Translations under genes and position numbers: made by a program | DNA from: an uncultured cyanobacterium | Lineage (GTDB): Bacteria; Cyanobacteriota; Cyanobacteriia; Cyanobacteriales; Nostocaceae | Assembly (NCBI GenBank): GCA_963706595.1 | Contig: OY970166.1 | Coordinates: forward strand, 160,001 to 224,000 | Direction of reading: 5' to 3' | DNA: 64,000 nt | Notes under the pieces: generated by a model | Told to the model about the DNA's origin: nothing | What the model saw: the letters and a program-made list of their open reading frames with translations, nothing else | The model's database searches: none | Shown here: one piece after another, positions 28,924 to 41,312 of the stretch | Position numbering within the stretch: position 1 is the first letter of the stretch | How the letters are laid out: each line of letters starts with the position of its first letter

Positions 28924-30708
28924 ATGACCGAAGCAACAGCACCTTGTATCGAGATTGGCATCCAGGAAACAGTACCGATGATTCATTACCTGGTGGCAAT
29001 GCCTCAACCAGAAACGCATCTGTTTGAGGTGACATTGCAGCTAATCAACCACTCATCGAAAATTCTTGACTTGAAAATGCCAGTATGGACTCCAGGCTCA
29101 TACTTAGTGCGAGAATACGCTAAAAATTTACAATATTTTGCCGCTTTTGCTGGGGATAAGCCTTTGCCTTGGCGAAAAATTAGTAAAAACCACTGGCAGG
29201 TGAATACAAGTGGTGTGTCAGAGTTAACTGTGCGTTACCGAATATTTGCTAATGAGCTATCGGTACGGACGAATCATTTGGATGCTACCCACGGCTATTT
29301 CAACGGTGCGGCACTGTTTTTTAGACTCCCTGGTTGGGAGAGTTTACCAATTCAGATTACCGTTGTACCACCGCGCCCAGACTGGCGGGTAACTACTTCT
29401 TTAGCACCAGTGGGTGAGCAAGCCTATACTTTCTTGGCTGAGGATTTTGACACTCTTGTGGATAGCCCTGTGGAAATTGGTAGCCACCAGTCATATTACT
29501 TTGAGGTTTTGGGTAAGCCCCATGAACTGGCTGTTTGGGGAGAGGGCAATTTACAAACACAGCAAGCAATTGCCGATATCCAAAAAGTTATCCAGGTAGA
29601 AGCGCAGATGTTTGGGGGCTTACCCTACGAACGATATATTTTTCTACTGCATTTATTTGCCCAGGCTTATGGCGGTTTGGAGCATAAAAACTGTTGCTCT
29701 TTAATTTACCAGCGTTTTGGGTTTCGCTCTCAGGAAAAATACGAGCGCTTTGTGCAATTAGTGGCACATGAATTTTTTCACCTGTGGAATGTGAAGCGCA
29801 TTCGCCCCAAAGGTTTAGAAGTTTTTGATTATGAGCAGGAAAACTATACTCATTCTTTGTGGTTCTGTGAGGGAACTACAAGTTATTACGATTTACTGAT
29901 TCCTCTGCGGGCTGGCATTTATGATGCTAAGTCGTATTTAAGTCATTTGAGTAAGGAAATTAGCCGATTTTTGACAACGCCAGGGCGCAAGGTGCAATCA
30001 CTGGCTGAGTCGAGTTTTGATACTTGGATTAAACTTTATCGTCCAGATGCCAATAGCAACAATTCCCAAATGTCCTACTATTTGAAGGGGGAAATGGTTT
30101 CTTTGTTGCTAGATTTGTTGATTAGAGCGCGACATGGAAATCAGCGATCGCTTGATGATGTGATGCGGCAAATGTGGCGCAAATTTGGACAACCAGAAAT
30201 TGGCTACACCCCCGAACAGTTGCAAGAAGTAATTGAATCGGTGGCGGGTGTAAATTTGGCTGATTTCTTTGAATGCTACATTAATAGCACTGACGAATTA
30301 CCTTTTAATCATTACCTGGAGCCTTTCGGCTTGCATCTGGTAGCAGAACGAGAGGAAGAACCTTATTTAGGTGTGAAGGTAAAAACTGAACATGGGCGAG
30401 AAGTAATTAAATTTGTGGAAGTCGGTTCACCTGCACAACAGGCGGGAATTGATCCAGGCGATGAGTTATTAGCCATTGAGGGTATCCGGTTAACAGCTCA
30501 TCAACTGAGCGATCGCCTCAAAGATTACCAACCAAACGACACTATTGCCGTCACAGTTTTTCACCAAGATGAATTACGCACCTATTCTGTTACCCTTGGT
30601 ACACCACATCCGACTAAGTTTCAGATTGTCGCAGTCCATAATCCCGATCCCTCGCAAAAGGAGAATTGTGCAGGGTGGTTAGGCGCACCGATAGTGACTC
30701 TTCGTTGA
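28924..30708 (+). CDS. M61 family metallopeptidase with PDZ domain
   Basis: PVWTPGSY, GGLEH, AHEFFHLWN and WFCEGTTSYY motifs; C-terminal PDZ. Confidence 0.93.
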   Translation: MTEATAPCIEIGIQETVPMIHYLVAMPQPETHLFEVTLQLINHSSKILDLKMPVWTPGSYLVREYAKNLQYFAAFAGDKPLPWRKISKNHWQVNTSGVSELTVRYRIFANELSVRTNHLDATHGYFNGAALFFRLPGWESLPIQITVVPPRPDWRVTTSLAPVGEQAYTFLAEDFDTLVDSPVEIGSHQSYYFEVLGKPHELAVWGEGNLQTQQAIADIQKVIQVEAQMFGGLPYERYIFLLHLFAQAYGGLEHKNCCSLIYQRFGFRSQEKYERFVQLVAHEFFHLWNVKRIRPKGLEVFDYEQENYTHSLWFCEGTTSYYDLLIPLRAGIYDAKSYLSHLSKEISRFLTTPGRKVQSLAESSFDTWIKLYRPDANSNNSQMSYYLKGEMVSLLLDLLIRARHGNQRSLDDVMRQMWRKFGQPEIGYTPEQLQEVIESVAGVNLADFFECYINSTDELPFNHYLEPFGLHLVAEREEEPYLGVKVKTEHGREVIKFVEVGSPAQQAGIDPGDELLAIEGIRLTAHQLSDRLKDYQPNDTIAVTVFHQDELRTYSVTLGTPHPTKFQIVAVHNPDPSQKENCAGWLGAPIVTLR

Positions 30709-30710
30709 TA

Positions 30711-30767
30711 GTGAACTACCTACACTGTTTTTTCCTGACAGTGTAGGCTTCCCAATTCATTCGGGAT
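30711..30767 (-). mobile_element. Solo IS200/IS605-type right-end hairpin
   Basis: Minus strand GAATTGGGAAGCCTACACTGT-N9-ACAGTGTAGGTAGTTCAC; perfect 10-bp stem, terminal TCAC. Confidence 0.6.
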
Positions 30768-32108
30768 AGTGAAATTTTCAACTGTGTGAAGTTGTCCCCG
30801 AAAATATAACCGATACAACTCACAAGCAGGAGTACAGCGATCGCCTGACAAGTTCACCAGCCCCATACTATGTAACTTATATGCGATAACTGGCGGTAAT
30901 TTCACATCATTGACTGCCATAATTACCTCAGAGAAAGCAGTAGCCAATTCAGACTCCCCTTGCAACACCAATACATACTGCTTTAAATACTCGTGATAAA
31001 TTCCCTCTGTAGTCGCAGCTTGTTTTAGTAGTGACTGTAAGTTCCCTTCTAACCCTCCCCTACTCACAAGGTGATACAAAGCCAATCTGACTAAATAAGG
31101 ATGTCCCCCCACCATCGCCATCAAACTATCAGTATTCTGACTATCAACCCAATCTAAACCATGACGTTGAGCCAAATCCTCAACCTGCTCCTTTGTAAAA
31201 CTTGGTAACTTAATTAACAACCCCAGATTAAATGGGGATTTAGTCAATTTTAAAAAAGCAATAATTTCCTGAGAATAAACCAATACTAAGCGGAGTTTTT
31301 GCCAAACTTCCAGCATTTTGGATTGTTCATACCAAGAACGCATTAAAGGTAGAAATTCCTCAGCAATCTCAGGATATTCAAATACCCAATCTACTTCATT
31401 TAATACCAACACCACAGGACTTTTCACAGCAGTCAGCAAATACTTTTGGAAATAGATAGTACAGCTAACTTTACTACCCATATCCTCATCCCAGTAATCA
31501 TTAAGTTTTGGTTCTAACTGTAACTCCCGGCTCACATTGGCACATAACCAGCGCAAAAACTTATCCAAACTGCTAAAAACTGCTTTATCCGCTTGCTGAA
31601 AATCCAAACTAACGGTAGAAAAACCTGCATTATTAGCCCGTGCAATTACCCGGAGAATCAGAGAACTTTTCCCCATTTTCTTGGGAGATTGGATACAGAC
31701 AACACTTCCTGGTGTAGATATTTCTTCATAGATAAGTTCTTCTATTGGCGGGCGAGGAATGTATAATCTAGAATTAAGAGATACTGGGCTATTAGGAAAT
31801 TCTAAGGATATGGCAGTTGCCGCCCGGTTAAACTCCTTAATTAACTGTTGATGGGTTTTATTGAGACGGCGAGATAACAAGTTTTCACGAAAGTTAGATT
31901 TATTAATCGGTTCCTGCCAAAAATCGCTTAAAACTTGCCATAAATGAGCAGCAACTTTCCGCACCCGCTCTTCCCCATAGTGAGCTTCAAAAGCTATACT
32001 TGTATAAGTTTTTCCCTCCCAAGCACAGCGCAAAATCATCTCTTGGAGTGTCGTCAAACCATTAACTTGGCTAGCTTTTAGTAGCAATACGACTTCATCT
32101 ATAGTCAT
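30720..32108 (-). CDS. wHTH + AAA_35-type (STAND-like) protein
   Basis: N-terminal WEGKTY...LWQVLS domain, SPKKMGKSS P-loop, SPFNLG and VGGHPYLV motifs. Confidence 0.82.
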   Translation of the reverse strand: MTIDEVVLLLKASQVNGLTTLQEMILRCAWEGKTYTSIAFEAHYGEERVRKVAAHLWQVLSDFWQEPINKSNFRENLLSRRLNKTHQQLIKEFNRAATAISLEFPNSPVSLNSRLYIPRPPIEELIYEEISTPGSVVCIQSPKKMGKSSLILRVIARANNAGFSTVSLDFQQADKAVFSSLDKFLRWLCANVSRELQLEPKLNDYWDEDMGSKVSCTIYFQKYLLTAVKSPVVLVLNEVDWVFEYPEIAEEFLPLMRSWYEQSKMLEVWQKLRLVLVYSQEIIAFLKLTKSPFNLGLLIKLPSFTKEQVEDLAQRHGLDWVDSQNTDSLMAMVGGHPYLVRLALYHLVSRGGLEGNLQSLLKQAATTEGIYHEYLKQYVLVLQGESELATAFSEVIMAVNDVKLPPVIAYKLHSMGLVNLSGDRCTPACELYRLYFRGQLHTVENFTIPNELGSLHCQEKTV

Positions 32109-32551
32109 TCGTAATCGGCCTTATTTCTGTGTTTTTTGTCCTCAAAATTGATGTCTGAAGATTGCAATTAATGTAGCCTCCCAAATTTGATTTCCAGCCA
32201 ATTTTTTTGCCAAAAAGCTACAAATACACCTTGACAATATTACTTTTATCTGAAACATCTAACGTATATTAATTTTAGAGTTTTTTAAATCAAAATTCGC
32301 AGGTATGTCTGCTAATTAATGCGTGACTTTAGATACTAATTATCTGATGTCTGGGTTTGGTAGATGTACAAAATGTAGCTGATTTTTGGTAAGATATTAA
32401 ATGAGCGATCGCCACAGAAGTTACAATCATCTGTTTAAGTTTTCCTATATTTAATTCAAATCAAGATCATTAATACTTTGTTGATAGATAGAAATTCTCT
32501 ATTGAGCGAGGGACAACAAAAAAGAATATCTTCCTCATCCTATCAGCCGCC

Positions 32552-34048
32552 ATGAATATTAAAGAACCCGCTACCTACCCAATGGAAGCTCAAATTTCAG
32601 CGCCAAGCTCTCAAAGTTTCCCAGATCAACAGCAACAGACACAAACCCCAGGAGACTTAGAAATGAGCCAGCACTCACAATCAGCCTTACAAATGGCATT
32701 AGCTTCCAGTGGTCTAGGTTGGTGGAATTGGAATTTAGTTACCAATAAAACCTATTTTGACCCTCAATGGAAGCAGATTTTAGGGTATCAGCGAGAAGAA
32801 ATTACCAACCACTATCAATCTTTTGAAAAACTTGTACATCCAGAGGATTTGTGGAAAGTTCAACAGGTATTACAAGAGTATCTTCAAGGATACACACCTA
32901 AATTTGAAATTGAATTGAGAATGTTGGCTAAATCTGGCGAGTGGAAGTGGATCTTCTCAGGTGGATGTGTATTTGAGTGGGATAAATTTGGTAAACCGAT
33001 ATGGATGACAGGAACTCATAGGGACATTACCCAGGAGAAATTACTCCAGGAAACTTTGCAACAGGACCAAAAGCAGGAACAGTTGTTAGCAGAAGCACAA
33101 ATAAAAGAAAAATCAGAACAACTGCAAATTACCCAAGGACAATTATTACAAAATGATCAGATGGCTCATCTCGGTGAAATTGTAGTCGAGATGGCTAACG
33201 AAATTTATCATCCTGTTAACTTTATTTATGATAATCTTCATCCCACAAGTCAGTATGCTGAAGACTTAATTAAACTAATTGAACTATATCAATATTATTA
33301 TCCTCAACCTAAGTCAGAAATTACCTCATATTTGCAACAATTCGACTTGAATTTAATTAAAACAAACCTGGTAAAATTGCTTTGGTCAATGCGTTCTGGC
33401 TCTGAACGTATTCAAGAGATTGTTTCAGCACTGCGGAATTTCTCTAATTTAGATGCAGATAAGATGCAAAAATATAACCTACATGAGGGACTAGATAGTG
33501 TGATCAGAATCTTACAGCATCGCCTCAAACAAAAACCAGATAGACCAGGAATTGAAGTTATTAAAGAATTTGGAGAAATACCTTTAATTGAGTGTTATCC
33601 TGGAGAGCTAAATCAGGTATTTATGAATATTCTCAATAATGCCATTGATGCTTTAGAAGAAAGGATGAAACAAGATTATTCCTTGATTCCTCAGATTTGT
33701 ATTCGCACAGAAGTTGTCAGTCGTCATTTATCATTAGTGAATAATAATCAAACCCAGATAACTAATTCAGAATTTGGGAAGAAGCAAAAAGTAATAATTC
33801 ATATTTATGACAATGGTAAAGGTATTCTTCCGCATATTCAAAGGCGGATATTTGAACCTTTCTTTACTACTAAACCGATGGGTAAAGCGAAGGGTTTGGG
33901 ACTAGCGATTAGTCAACAAATCATTGTGGAAAAACATCAGGGTAAACTGAGATGTAATTCTCAACTAGGTCAAGGTACAGAGTTTGTGATTGAAATGAAT
34001 ACCACCGCCCGACACTATGCTGATATGAGAAGACACGCCAGTTTTTAA
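32552..34048 (+). CDS. PAS-domain histidine-kinase-like protein with a degenerate H-box
   Basis: PAS_3 (VHPEDL, GEWKWI), N box ([15 protein letters not shown]), G/F boxes; H-box reads ANEIYHP. Confidence 0.85.
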   Translation: MNIKEPATYPMEAQISAPSSQSFPDQQQQTQTPGDLEMSQHSQSALQMALASSGLGWWNWNLVTNKTYFDPQWKQILGYQREEITNHYQSFEKLVHPEDLWKVQQVLQEYLQGYTPKFEIELRMLAKSGEWKWIFSGGCVFEWDKFGKPIWMTGTHRDITQEKLLQETLQQDQKQEQLLAEAQIKEKSEQLQITQGQLLQNDQMAHLGEIVVEMANEIYHPVNFIYDNLHPTSQYAEDLIKLIELYQYYYPQPKSEITSYLQQFDLNLIKTNLVKLLWSMRSGSERIQEIVSALRNFSNLDADKMQKYNLHEGLDSVIRILQHRLKQKPDRPGIEVIKEFGEIPLIECYPGELNQVFMNILNNAIDALEERMKQDYSLIPQICIRTEVVSRHLSLVNNNQTQITNSEFGKKQKVIIHIYDNGKGILPHIQRRIFEPFFTTKPMGKAKGLGLAISQQIIVEKHQGKLRCNSQLGQGTEFVIEMNTTARHYADMRRHASF

Positions 34049-34255
34049 GTAATATTGTTGGATCAATCTCCATTAGCACTGATTACCCGATCCGTGTAGA
34101 AATCGAGGACACCGTTAATATTAAGGCGAAGTCCGATTGATTATTTGACAGTTTCCGTGAAAAAGGGGCTTCCAGATAACGACAGGATCAACTGGCTCTG
34201 GTATTGGGATTATCATATCGGCTTTTCCGCCGTGGGAGCGATCGCTAATCTTGGT

Positions 34256-34327
34256 TTAACTGTAGCGGACTGTATGTTGAATATTTGTATGCCCCAGGTA
34301 CGCTTGAATATCTTTGGTTGGCCATCG
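34256..34327 (-). pseudogene. Tyrosine recombinase (FimB/FimE-like) C-terminal fragment
   Basis: Minus strand encodes TKDIQAYLGHTNIQHTVRYS*, matching box II LGH...Y. Confidence 0.7.
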
Positions 34328-34718
34328 CCTTTGAAAAAAACTTTGCGATTTACTGACGCTAGTTTTTAGGTAATAAGGTGTGTGGAAGAAAATAAAGAAC
34401 CTCAGCCCCACCTTATTCAGGAGAGGGGAGATAAGATGTAGGCTTGTATCTGATTATTCTTGGTCGAAAGATTAGGCATTTTGGCATGACAAATCTTTCG
34501 GTTCCGGTTTTAATGATATATCAACAGGGATAACGGGAATGCGAAAACTGTCCGCAGTATAGGGTCAAGCCTTGTTTTCAATCCTCCCATCTCTATGCCA
34601 GTTGTTGATTTTGTGCTGTAGAACGGCTATAAATGGGTGAATCAGTCAATTCGCCGCACGAAATCATCGCTTCATTACAACTGGCTAAATATGTGACTAC
34701 ATTAAATAGGTTAACTGA

Positions 34719-35079
34719 TATAGCGGTTCTCGGTTGAGTGAGATACAAGAACCCCACCCCCTCCGGTGCAAGCGAGGAGGGGGCTATGTACACACACGTT
34801 ATCTGATCCCCCTAAATCCCCCTTAAAAAGGGGGACTTTGATTCTAGTTCCCCCCTTCTCAAGGCTACGGTGTACACACAAATGATTAAATTCTCAAAAT
34901 CCTTTTTTTGTAGGGTGTGTTGTCGCGCAGCGCAACGCACCATCCCAAATTTGCGGTGCGTTAGGACTAACGTCCATAACACACCCTACCTAAATGAAAG
35001 GTTTTTGGACTTGTGTGTAGACCGTAGCGCAAGCGAGGAGGGGGCTATGATGTATTTCATTCAAGTGCGTACCACTATA
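34719..35079. mobile_element. Nested MITE/REP cluster
   Basis: Outer tatagcggt...accactata; inner 18-bp TIRs at 34864-34881 and 35011-35028; innermost GTAG hairpin 34910-34989. Confidence 0.8.
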
Positions 35080-35108
35080 ACTGGTAACTGATAACTGATA
35101 ACTGATAA

Positions 35109-38100
35109 CTATTCTGTGGGTGCTGGTTCTTCTACAGGGCGAATTATGGCTGGGGCTGGTGTGACTTCTGGCTGGAAGATTCCTTGTAATGCTTGTTCTA
35201 AAGTTGGAGCCATGACGATGCGGTTTTCAAAGGCGACGATTACCCGGACTAGGGTGGGTAGTCTGTTTTCCGTGGCTTCTAAATAAATTGGCTCAACGTA
35301 TAATAAGGATTGTTCAATGGGAATAATCAATAGATTACCTTGAACAGCTCTTGAACCTTGGCGATTCCACAGGGAAATTTGCTGGGAAATTACTGGGTCT
35401 TGGTTAATTCGGGCTTCTATTTGCTCTGGTCCGAAAATTAAGCGTTCTTTGGGAAATACATATAGTAATAATTTACCGTAATTTTCACCGTCTGACCGTG
35501 CTGCTAACCAAGCTATTAAATTGGAGCGTTGTCTGGGTGTGTAGGGCAATAATAAGATAAATTCCTCAAAGGGGACGGTGGGGAGACTGGTGATTAAATA
35601 GTAGGGGTCTACTGGACGGGCTTCGCTACCATAGATTTCGTTGGGTATTTGCCATTGGTCTTCTCGGTTATAAAATACCTGGGGGTCTGTCATGTGGTAG
35701 GTCATCAATCGCTCTGATTGAATTTTGAAGTAGTCTACCGGATAACGAATATGGCTGAGAAGGCTAGGCGGTAAATCAGTCAGGGGTTTGAAGGTGTTGG
35801 GAAATATTTTTGACCAAGTTTTAATTATCGGGTCACGGGTATCGGCGATGTAAAAGTTAACTGTACCGTGGTAAGCATCGATGACTATTTTAACTGAGTT
35901 ACGAATGTAGTTGATTTCTGCGCTGGTGGTGTCGGAGTAGGGATAGCGATCGCTTGTCGTATAAGCGTCTATAATCCAGTACAGGTAGTTGCCGTTACTA
36001 GGAAAATCACCATTACCATTTTCAGGGCTACCATCGGCGGCGACTAAATAAGGGTCACTATCAAATTGTAAGAAAGGTGCGATCGCTTGAATGCGTTCCT
36101 TAATATTTCGTCGAAATAATACCTTAGTATCTGGCAAAAAGTCCCGTGTAAATAACATCTGCCAATCTTTCAAATACATGGAAAATAATAACCGTCGCCA
36201 CCCCGTACCAATGCGAACGCCTCCCAAGCCATCATATATATTGTAAACATTATCACTACCAGTCGGATAATCTAATTCCCGGACTCTTGTCCCAGTCATT
36301 ACATAAGTATCACTGATTTCACCGAAATAAATTCGGGGTTGTCCAATGGGAACGCTGTCACGAATGGCTTCACTGGAGGTATTCAGGGCGCTTTCATCAT
36401 TCCCAGCGATATCTTTAACAAAGTATTCTGGTAGCCCTCCTGGACCGACGGTATTCACGGGACTGAGGGTAAACCCGTAGCCATGGGTATAAATTAAATG
36501 GCGATTCACCCAAGTCTGAGCTTGTTGTGGCACAGCAGTATAGTCTAATTCTCGCGCCGAAATTAGGACTTGTCGCCGTTCTGTAGGTTGATTCTGTGCT
36601 TGGTTAGCTTCTGTAAGTTCTGTTGGTGCTGTGGGTCTTTCTGCGGGTGCTTCTTTAAAAAGTGTGTAGCGGTCTATGTCAGCATCGGGGAAGCGGTAGT
36701 AAAGGCGAATTTGTTGCAGTTGACGGTTAGTTTCTAGGAGTGGTTGCTGATCCCAAAGGCGAATATTACGAATTGTTAAATCATTTCTTTGAAGAGCGGT
36801 TTCTGTCAAATCTCCTGTGGGGTTGAAGGTTTGAGCATCGATGACTTCTAAATCAAATGCCTGCCGAGTTAAAGCAATGGTACGCTTAATATATGGTTGC
36901 TCTCGTTGTAATTCGTTGGGCTGAACAATAAAGGACTGCACTACAACGGGGAGGACAAAATCAGCTGCTATAACTACAACTAAATACAGCCCCAACCCAT
37001 AAAATACAAATTGGCGATATTGAGACTGGGGTTTCCAAGCAAATGTCCGCCATAGTAGGTAAAAGCCCACGACTAAGGCGAAGATGCACAAAATGGTATA
37101 AGCTGGCAACACGGCTATGACATCGGTATAACTAGCACCGTAAGTTACCCCACGTTGAGAATAAACTAGCTCGTAACGACTCAGCCAATAGCTCAGGGCG
37201 ACAACCAGCATGAATAAGCCACCCAAGCCGTATAAATGACGCTGTTGTGGAGAGGAAAAACCAGGAAAAATTCCCTGACTGACACTATCTGCGGACAGGA
37301 GATAAGTCAGGCTAACAGCGACAAAAGCATATAAAAATAATCCCATCAGCCATAGTTCAAACAGTTCCCAAAATGGCAGGGAAAATATATAAAAGCTAAT
37401 ATCTAGACCAAATAAAGGCTCAGAGGCGTTGAAGGTGGTGGGGCTAAAATATTGCAGTACCCTGGCCCAGTTGTGAGATATCACCCAAGCAAATAGGACA
37501 CTGAAAGCCAGTGCGATCGCTCGTAATAAAATTTGGGGATAGATTATAATAGCGATCGCTGTTCCTGCAACCAAAGCAATATACCAACCCTGAGAGACAA
37601 TTTGCACGCTCATCAATTGCCAAATTCTCTCAGGTCGAAATAGAGGTGGAACTGGGGGAATAGTCCTGATAATTGGAGAATGCCAATAACTAACGGCTAT
37701 TTCACCGTAATGAACCAGCATTAATCCCACTAATAGGCTGAATACCAAAGCTATAGGTAGCAACCAGAATAATCTTAATGGTTTAGTCCGAGATTTAGGA
37801 GACTGTATTTCCTCCCGTCTGGGATAGTTAGGACTGAGAAAGTTTTTTAAATCACTGTCAATTCCTGCTTCCTCGCGCCGGACTTCCTTAATTTTCAAAG
37901 AATCAGGATATTTTAGCTGTTGTGCAAACCTGAGATTTCCCAGGAGAAAAGTAGCCGTAACACCAGCCACAAGTATCCACAAACCGCCCTGGGTAATGAT
38001 TCGCAGCAGAAATACTTGTACATAGCCCACATTCTCAAACCAGAAAATTTCTGCTCCCAGACGCGAAACTAAATCTAGGAATAGCCAAACTCCCAGAAAT

Positions 38101-38135
38101 ATTATTAATAATCTAAAGCACCATTTCCATAACAT
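35109..38135 (-). CDS. UPF0182 family membrane protein
   Basis: [28 protein letters not shown] and LLYVEPIYL motifs. Confidence 0.92.
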   Translation of the reverse strand: MLWKWCFRLLIIFLGVWLFLDLVSRLGAEIFWFENVGYVQVFLLRIITQGGLWILVAGVTATFLLGNLRFAQQLKYPDSLKIKEVRREEAGIDSDLKNFLSPNYPRREEIQSPKSRTKPLRLFWLLPIALVFSLLVGLMLVHYGEIAVSYWHSPIIRTIPPVPPLFRPERIWQLMSVQIVSQGWYIALVAGTAIAIIIYPQILLRAIALAFSVLFAWVISHNWARVLQYFSPTTFNASEPLFGLDISFYIFSLPFWELFELWLMGLFLYAFVAVSLTYLLSADSVSQGIFPGFSSPQQRHLYGLGGLFMLVVALSYWLSRYELVYSQRGVTYGASYTDVIAVLPAYTILCIFALVVGFYLLWRTFAWKPQSQYRQFVFYGLGLYLVVVIAADFVLPVVVQSFIVQPNELQREQPYIKRTIALTRQAFDLEVIDAQTFNPTGDLTETALQRNDLTIRNIRLWDQQPLLETNRQLQQIRLYYRFPDADIDRYTLFKEAPAERPTAPTELTEANQAQNQPTERRQVLISARELDYTAVPQQAQTWVNRHLIYTHGYGFTLSPVNTVGPGGLPEYFVKDIAGNDESALNTSSEAIRDSVPIGQPRIYFGEISDTYVMTGTRVRELDYPTGSDNVYNIYDGLGGVRIGTGWRRLLFSMYLKDWQMLFTRDFLPDTKVLFRRNIKERIQAIAPFLQFDSDPYLVAADGSPENGNGDFPSNGNYLYWIIDAYTTSDRYPYSDTTSAEINYIRNSVKIVIDAYHGTVNFYIADTRDPIIKTWSKIFPNTFKPLTDLPPSLLSHIRYPVDYFKIQSERLMTYHMTDPQVFYNREDQWQIPNEIYGSEARPVDPYYLITSLPTVPFEEFILLLPYTPRQRSNLIAWLAARSDGENYGKLLLYVFPKERLIFGPEQIEARINQDPVISQQISLWNRQGSRAVQGNLLIIPIEQSLLYVEPIYLEATENRLPTLVRVIVAFENRIVMAPTLEQALQGIFQPEVTPAPAIIRPVEEPAPTE

Positions 38136-38238
38136 ATAGCGATTCTATTTAATTTATGAATTTATCGAACCGCCAAGTCGCCAAGGTCGCCAAGTGAAGA
38201 AGGGAATAGGCAATTATTTCTTCCTTTCCACCTTTGCG

Positions 38239-38281
38239 CCTTTGCGCCTAACGCACTTCGTGCTTCGCTTCGCTGATGCGC
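38239..38281. repeat. 43-bp dispersed repeat; perfect inverted copy at 41952-41994
   Basis: cctttgcgcctaacgcacttcgtgcttcgcttcgctgatgcgc. Confidence 0.9.
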
Positions 38282-38318
38282 GAAACTAATCCATATTTTC
38301 CAACACCAAAGCCAAGAA

Positions 38319-41069
38319 TTACTCCGCAGGATCGATGCGATTAACAAACCAAGCCAAAGGAATCATCGGTAAAGCCGGAACCAGACAAATCAGCCATTGT
38401 TCTAAATTCAAAGGAGCAGTTCTAAACAAAGTATTCATCACACCCCATTGACTAAAGATGATTTGCAGGATGACCGTGCAGACTATACCTAAAGCCATCG
38501 CCTTGCCATCATTAATTCTAGCAGCTTGACCTCTGAGTTTCCTAAATACCACATTTGCTAACTGGCTGATGCTCAATAAATAAACAATTCGCCCAGCGAC
38601 TAAAGCTTGAATTGCCATTGTTCGCGCCAAGTCAATATTACCTGTATTTTGACGCACCCATTCAAACATCCCAAAAATCAGAATCCAGTTAAATATGGAA
38701 ACTGCGGCTATACGCTGAAATAGTGTACCAGAAAGTAATGGCTCCCGTGGGTTGCGGGGTTTGCGTTTCATTACTCGGTCTGATTTCGGTTCAAATGCTA
38801 AAGGTACGGTCATGGTGACTGAGTTCACCATGTTTAACCACAGGACTTGCAGTGATAGAATTGGTAAATCTCTGGCGAATAAGGCACTAATCAAAATTGT
38901 CATCGATTCGCCACCGTTGACAGGTAAGATAAAGGCGATCGCCTTGCGTAAGTTCTGATAAACTGTGCGCCCTTCTTCCACTGCGGCTTCAATAGAGGCA
39001 AAATTATCATCGGTGAGCAACATATCAGAAGCTTCTCTAGCCACATCTGTACCTGCGCCACCCATTGCTATGCCAATATCAGCTTGTTTCAGTGCTGGTG
39101 CATCATTGACACCATCCCCAGTCATGGCGACAATTTCGCCTTGAGACTGTAATGATTCTACTAACCGCAGTTTCTGGTCTGGAGCAACTCTAGCAAATAC
39201 TACACCATGTTCTGCGACTAAGGTGAGGTCGTTATCATCCATTGCGGTGAGTTGTCTACCCTCAAAGGCGCGAACTTTACCGTCTTTTTCTAAACCAATT
39301 CGTTCTGCGATCGCCTTAGCTGTGGTGATATGATCACCTGTAATCATCTTAACTTGAATGCCAGCCGTTTTACAGGCACGTACCGCAGCAATCACTTCTG
39401 GGCGTGGTGGGTCAATCATTCCCTGTAAACCTAAGAAAATCAAGCCGGTAGCTATATCTTCATGGTCTACCGAATTTTGCTCATCTGGGACAACTTTCTT
39501 CGCAAAAGCCAATACCCGCATCCCCTGAGTAGCCAAGATTTCTACTTGTTCTTCTATTAATTCCCGGTTAACTGATTCTAGTTCAGCATTGGCATTGAGC
39601 ATTTCCTGACAACGGCTCAAAATTGCTTCTACAGAACCTTTCACATAAATAATTTTCCCACCATCACCAGCTTTTTCTACAGAGTCATGGCTATCATGTA
39701 GCGTCGCCATGTACTGAAACTGAGATTCAAAGGGAATACCATCGATTCTGGGAATTAACTGCGCCATTTCGGACTGATTCCAACCGGCTTTATTCGCAAC
39801 TGTAATTAAAGCCCCTTCAGTCGGATCACCCACGACAATCCAATTCCCATTCTTTTGTTCTAAATGAGAATCGGTACAAAGTAACCCAGCCATTAAACAA
39901 GCTTTGAGAGTGGGAAAATTGTCTGATTCTAAATCCACAGGGTGCTGTTTAAATAAAATCTCCCCATCAGGATTATAACCTGTACCACTCACAGAAAAAT
40001 TATTTCCACCGGCAAAAATTCCCTGGACAGTCATCTGATTTTCTGTCAGAGTTCCAGTTTTATCAGAACAAATTACCGTTGCACCGCCTAAAGTTTCCAC
40101 GGCTGGTAATTTCCGAATAATGGCGTGTCGGCGTGCCATTCGATCTACCCCGATAGCCATTGTGACTGTCACCACAGCCGGTAATCCTTCGGGAATGGCA
40201 CTAACAGCTAACGCCACAGCCGCTTCAAACATTGCCGCCCAACTCTGTCCTTGACCCAAACCCACGACAAAGGTCATGGCCGCTAGTCCCAAAATAATGT
40301 AGAGCAATTGGTGACTAAATTTATCAAACTTGCGAGTTAGGGGTGTACTCAGGTTAGTTTGCCGTTCTAAAGATTGGGATATCCGCCCCATTTCTGTAGC
40401 ATTGGCGGTGGATACTACAACCCCGCTTCCTTGTCCAAAAGTAACAAAACTCCCTGCATAAGCCATGTTCACCCGTTCTGCTAAGGGAGTATCTGGAGCC
40501 AGAGTTGTAGTATCTTTTTCCACAGGTACAGATTCCCCAGTCAAAGCTGACTCATCTACCTGCAAATTCCGGGAATTAAATAACCGCAAATCAGCCGGAA
40601 CCTTGTCACCAGAAGTCAGCAGCACAATATCCCCCGGAACTAATTCTTGGGAAGGAATGCGTGATTTCTGCCCATTGCGGATGACTGTAGCTTCTGTGGT
40701 TACGGCTTTGGCTAAAGCTGCGATCGCGCCTTCAGCTTTTGATTCCTGCACAAAGCCGATAATGGCATTAATCACCGTTACGCCCCAAATTACCCCGGCG
40801 TTTGTCCATTGACCCAATAGGGCTTTGATTAGTCCAGCAACCAGTAGAATATAGAGTAAAGCCTGATTGAATTGTAATAAAAATCTCAACCAAGCAGGCT
40901 TTCCAGGTTTTCCCTTGAGTTCATTCTTGCCAAATTCTTCCTGTCGAGTCTTTACTTCTCCTGAAGTTAAACCCTTTTCTGGGTCGCTGTTGAGGGTTTG
41001 AGCAGCTTCTTGTGCTGCTATGGCGTGATATTCATATAACTGTTGTCCACCCATTGCAGTTGCAGACAT
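38319..41069 (-). CDS. Cation-transporting P-type ATPase (type IIA-like)
   Basis: TGES, PEGL, DKTGT, TGD and GDGVNDAP motifs. Confidence 0.95.
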   Translation of the reverse strand: MSATAMGGQQLYEYHAIAAQEAAQTLNSDPEKGLTSGEVKTRQEEFGKNELKGKPGKPAWLRFLLQFNQALLYILLVAGLIKALLGQWTNAGVIWGVTVINAIIGFVQESKAEGAIAALAKAVTTEATVIRNGQKSRIPSQELVPGDIVLLTSGDKVPADLRLFNSRNLQVDESALTGESVPVEKDTTTLAPDTPLAERVNMAYAGSFVTFGQGSGVVVSTANATEMGRISQSLERQTNLSTPLTRKFDKFSHQLLYIILGLAAMTFVVGLGQGQSWAAMFEAAVALAVSAIPEGLPAVVTVTMAIGVDRMARRHAIIRKLPAVETLGGATVICSDKTGTLTENQMTVQGIFAGGNNFSVSGTGYNPDGEILFKQHPVDLESDNFPTLKACLMAGLLCTDSHLEQKNGNWIVVGDPTEGALITVANKAGWNQSEMAQLIPRIDGIPFESQFQYMATLHDSHDSVEKAGDGGKIIYVKGSVEAILSRCQEMLNANAELESVNRELIEEQVEILATQGMRVLAFAKKVVPDEQNSVDHEDIATGLIFLGLQGMIDPPRPEVIAAVRACKTAGIQVKMITGDHITTAKAIAERIGLEKDGKVRAFEGRQLTAMDDNDLTLVAEHGVVFARVAPDQKLRLVESLQSQGEIVAMTGDGVNDAPALKQADIGIAMGGAGTDVAREASDMLLTDDNFASIEAAVEEGRTVYQNLRKAIAFILPVNGGESMTILISALFARDLPILSLQVLWLNMVNSVTMTVPLAFEPKSDRVMKRKPRNPREPLLSGTLFQRIAAVSIFNWILIFGMFEWVRQNTGNIDLARTMAIQALVAGRIVYLLSISQLANVVFRKLRGQAARINDGKAMALGIVCTVILQIIFSQWGVMNTLFRTAPLNLEQWLICLVPALPMIPLAWFVNRIDPAE

Positions 41070-41312
41070 AAAATTTCCCGAAGTAATAAAGTGGTCAAAA
41101 TCTGGTTAGTGCAGAAATCAAGTGTGGGATACCAACACCCAGAAATTCATCACTTGGATGTGGTTTGAATAATCTGTCAACAACTTTGGTCAGTAGGGTT
41201 TTTCCGTATATTACTATTTTTATGTTCGCCTTTCTTCTCCCCTAAGCGATAGCTTTTTCCCCGGTGGATACTATTCCTGTTATTTTTATTGTATAACTTG
41301 TAACTTTTAATT

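Noticed and set aside
34145..35091. Short ORFs 34145-34369, 34593-34793 and 34870-35091
   Set aside because: They run through the recombinase relic (antisense) or MITE/REP DNA and have no recognisable protein features.
41070..41312. Metal-sensing riboswitch upstream of the P-type ATPase
   Set aside because: I could not find yybP-ykoY or M-box conserved motifs on the minus strand; an Rfam scan would settle it.
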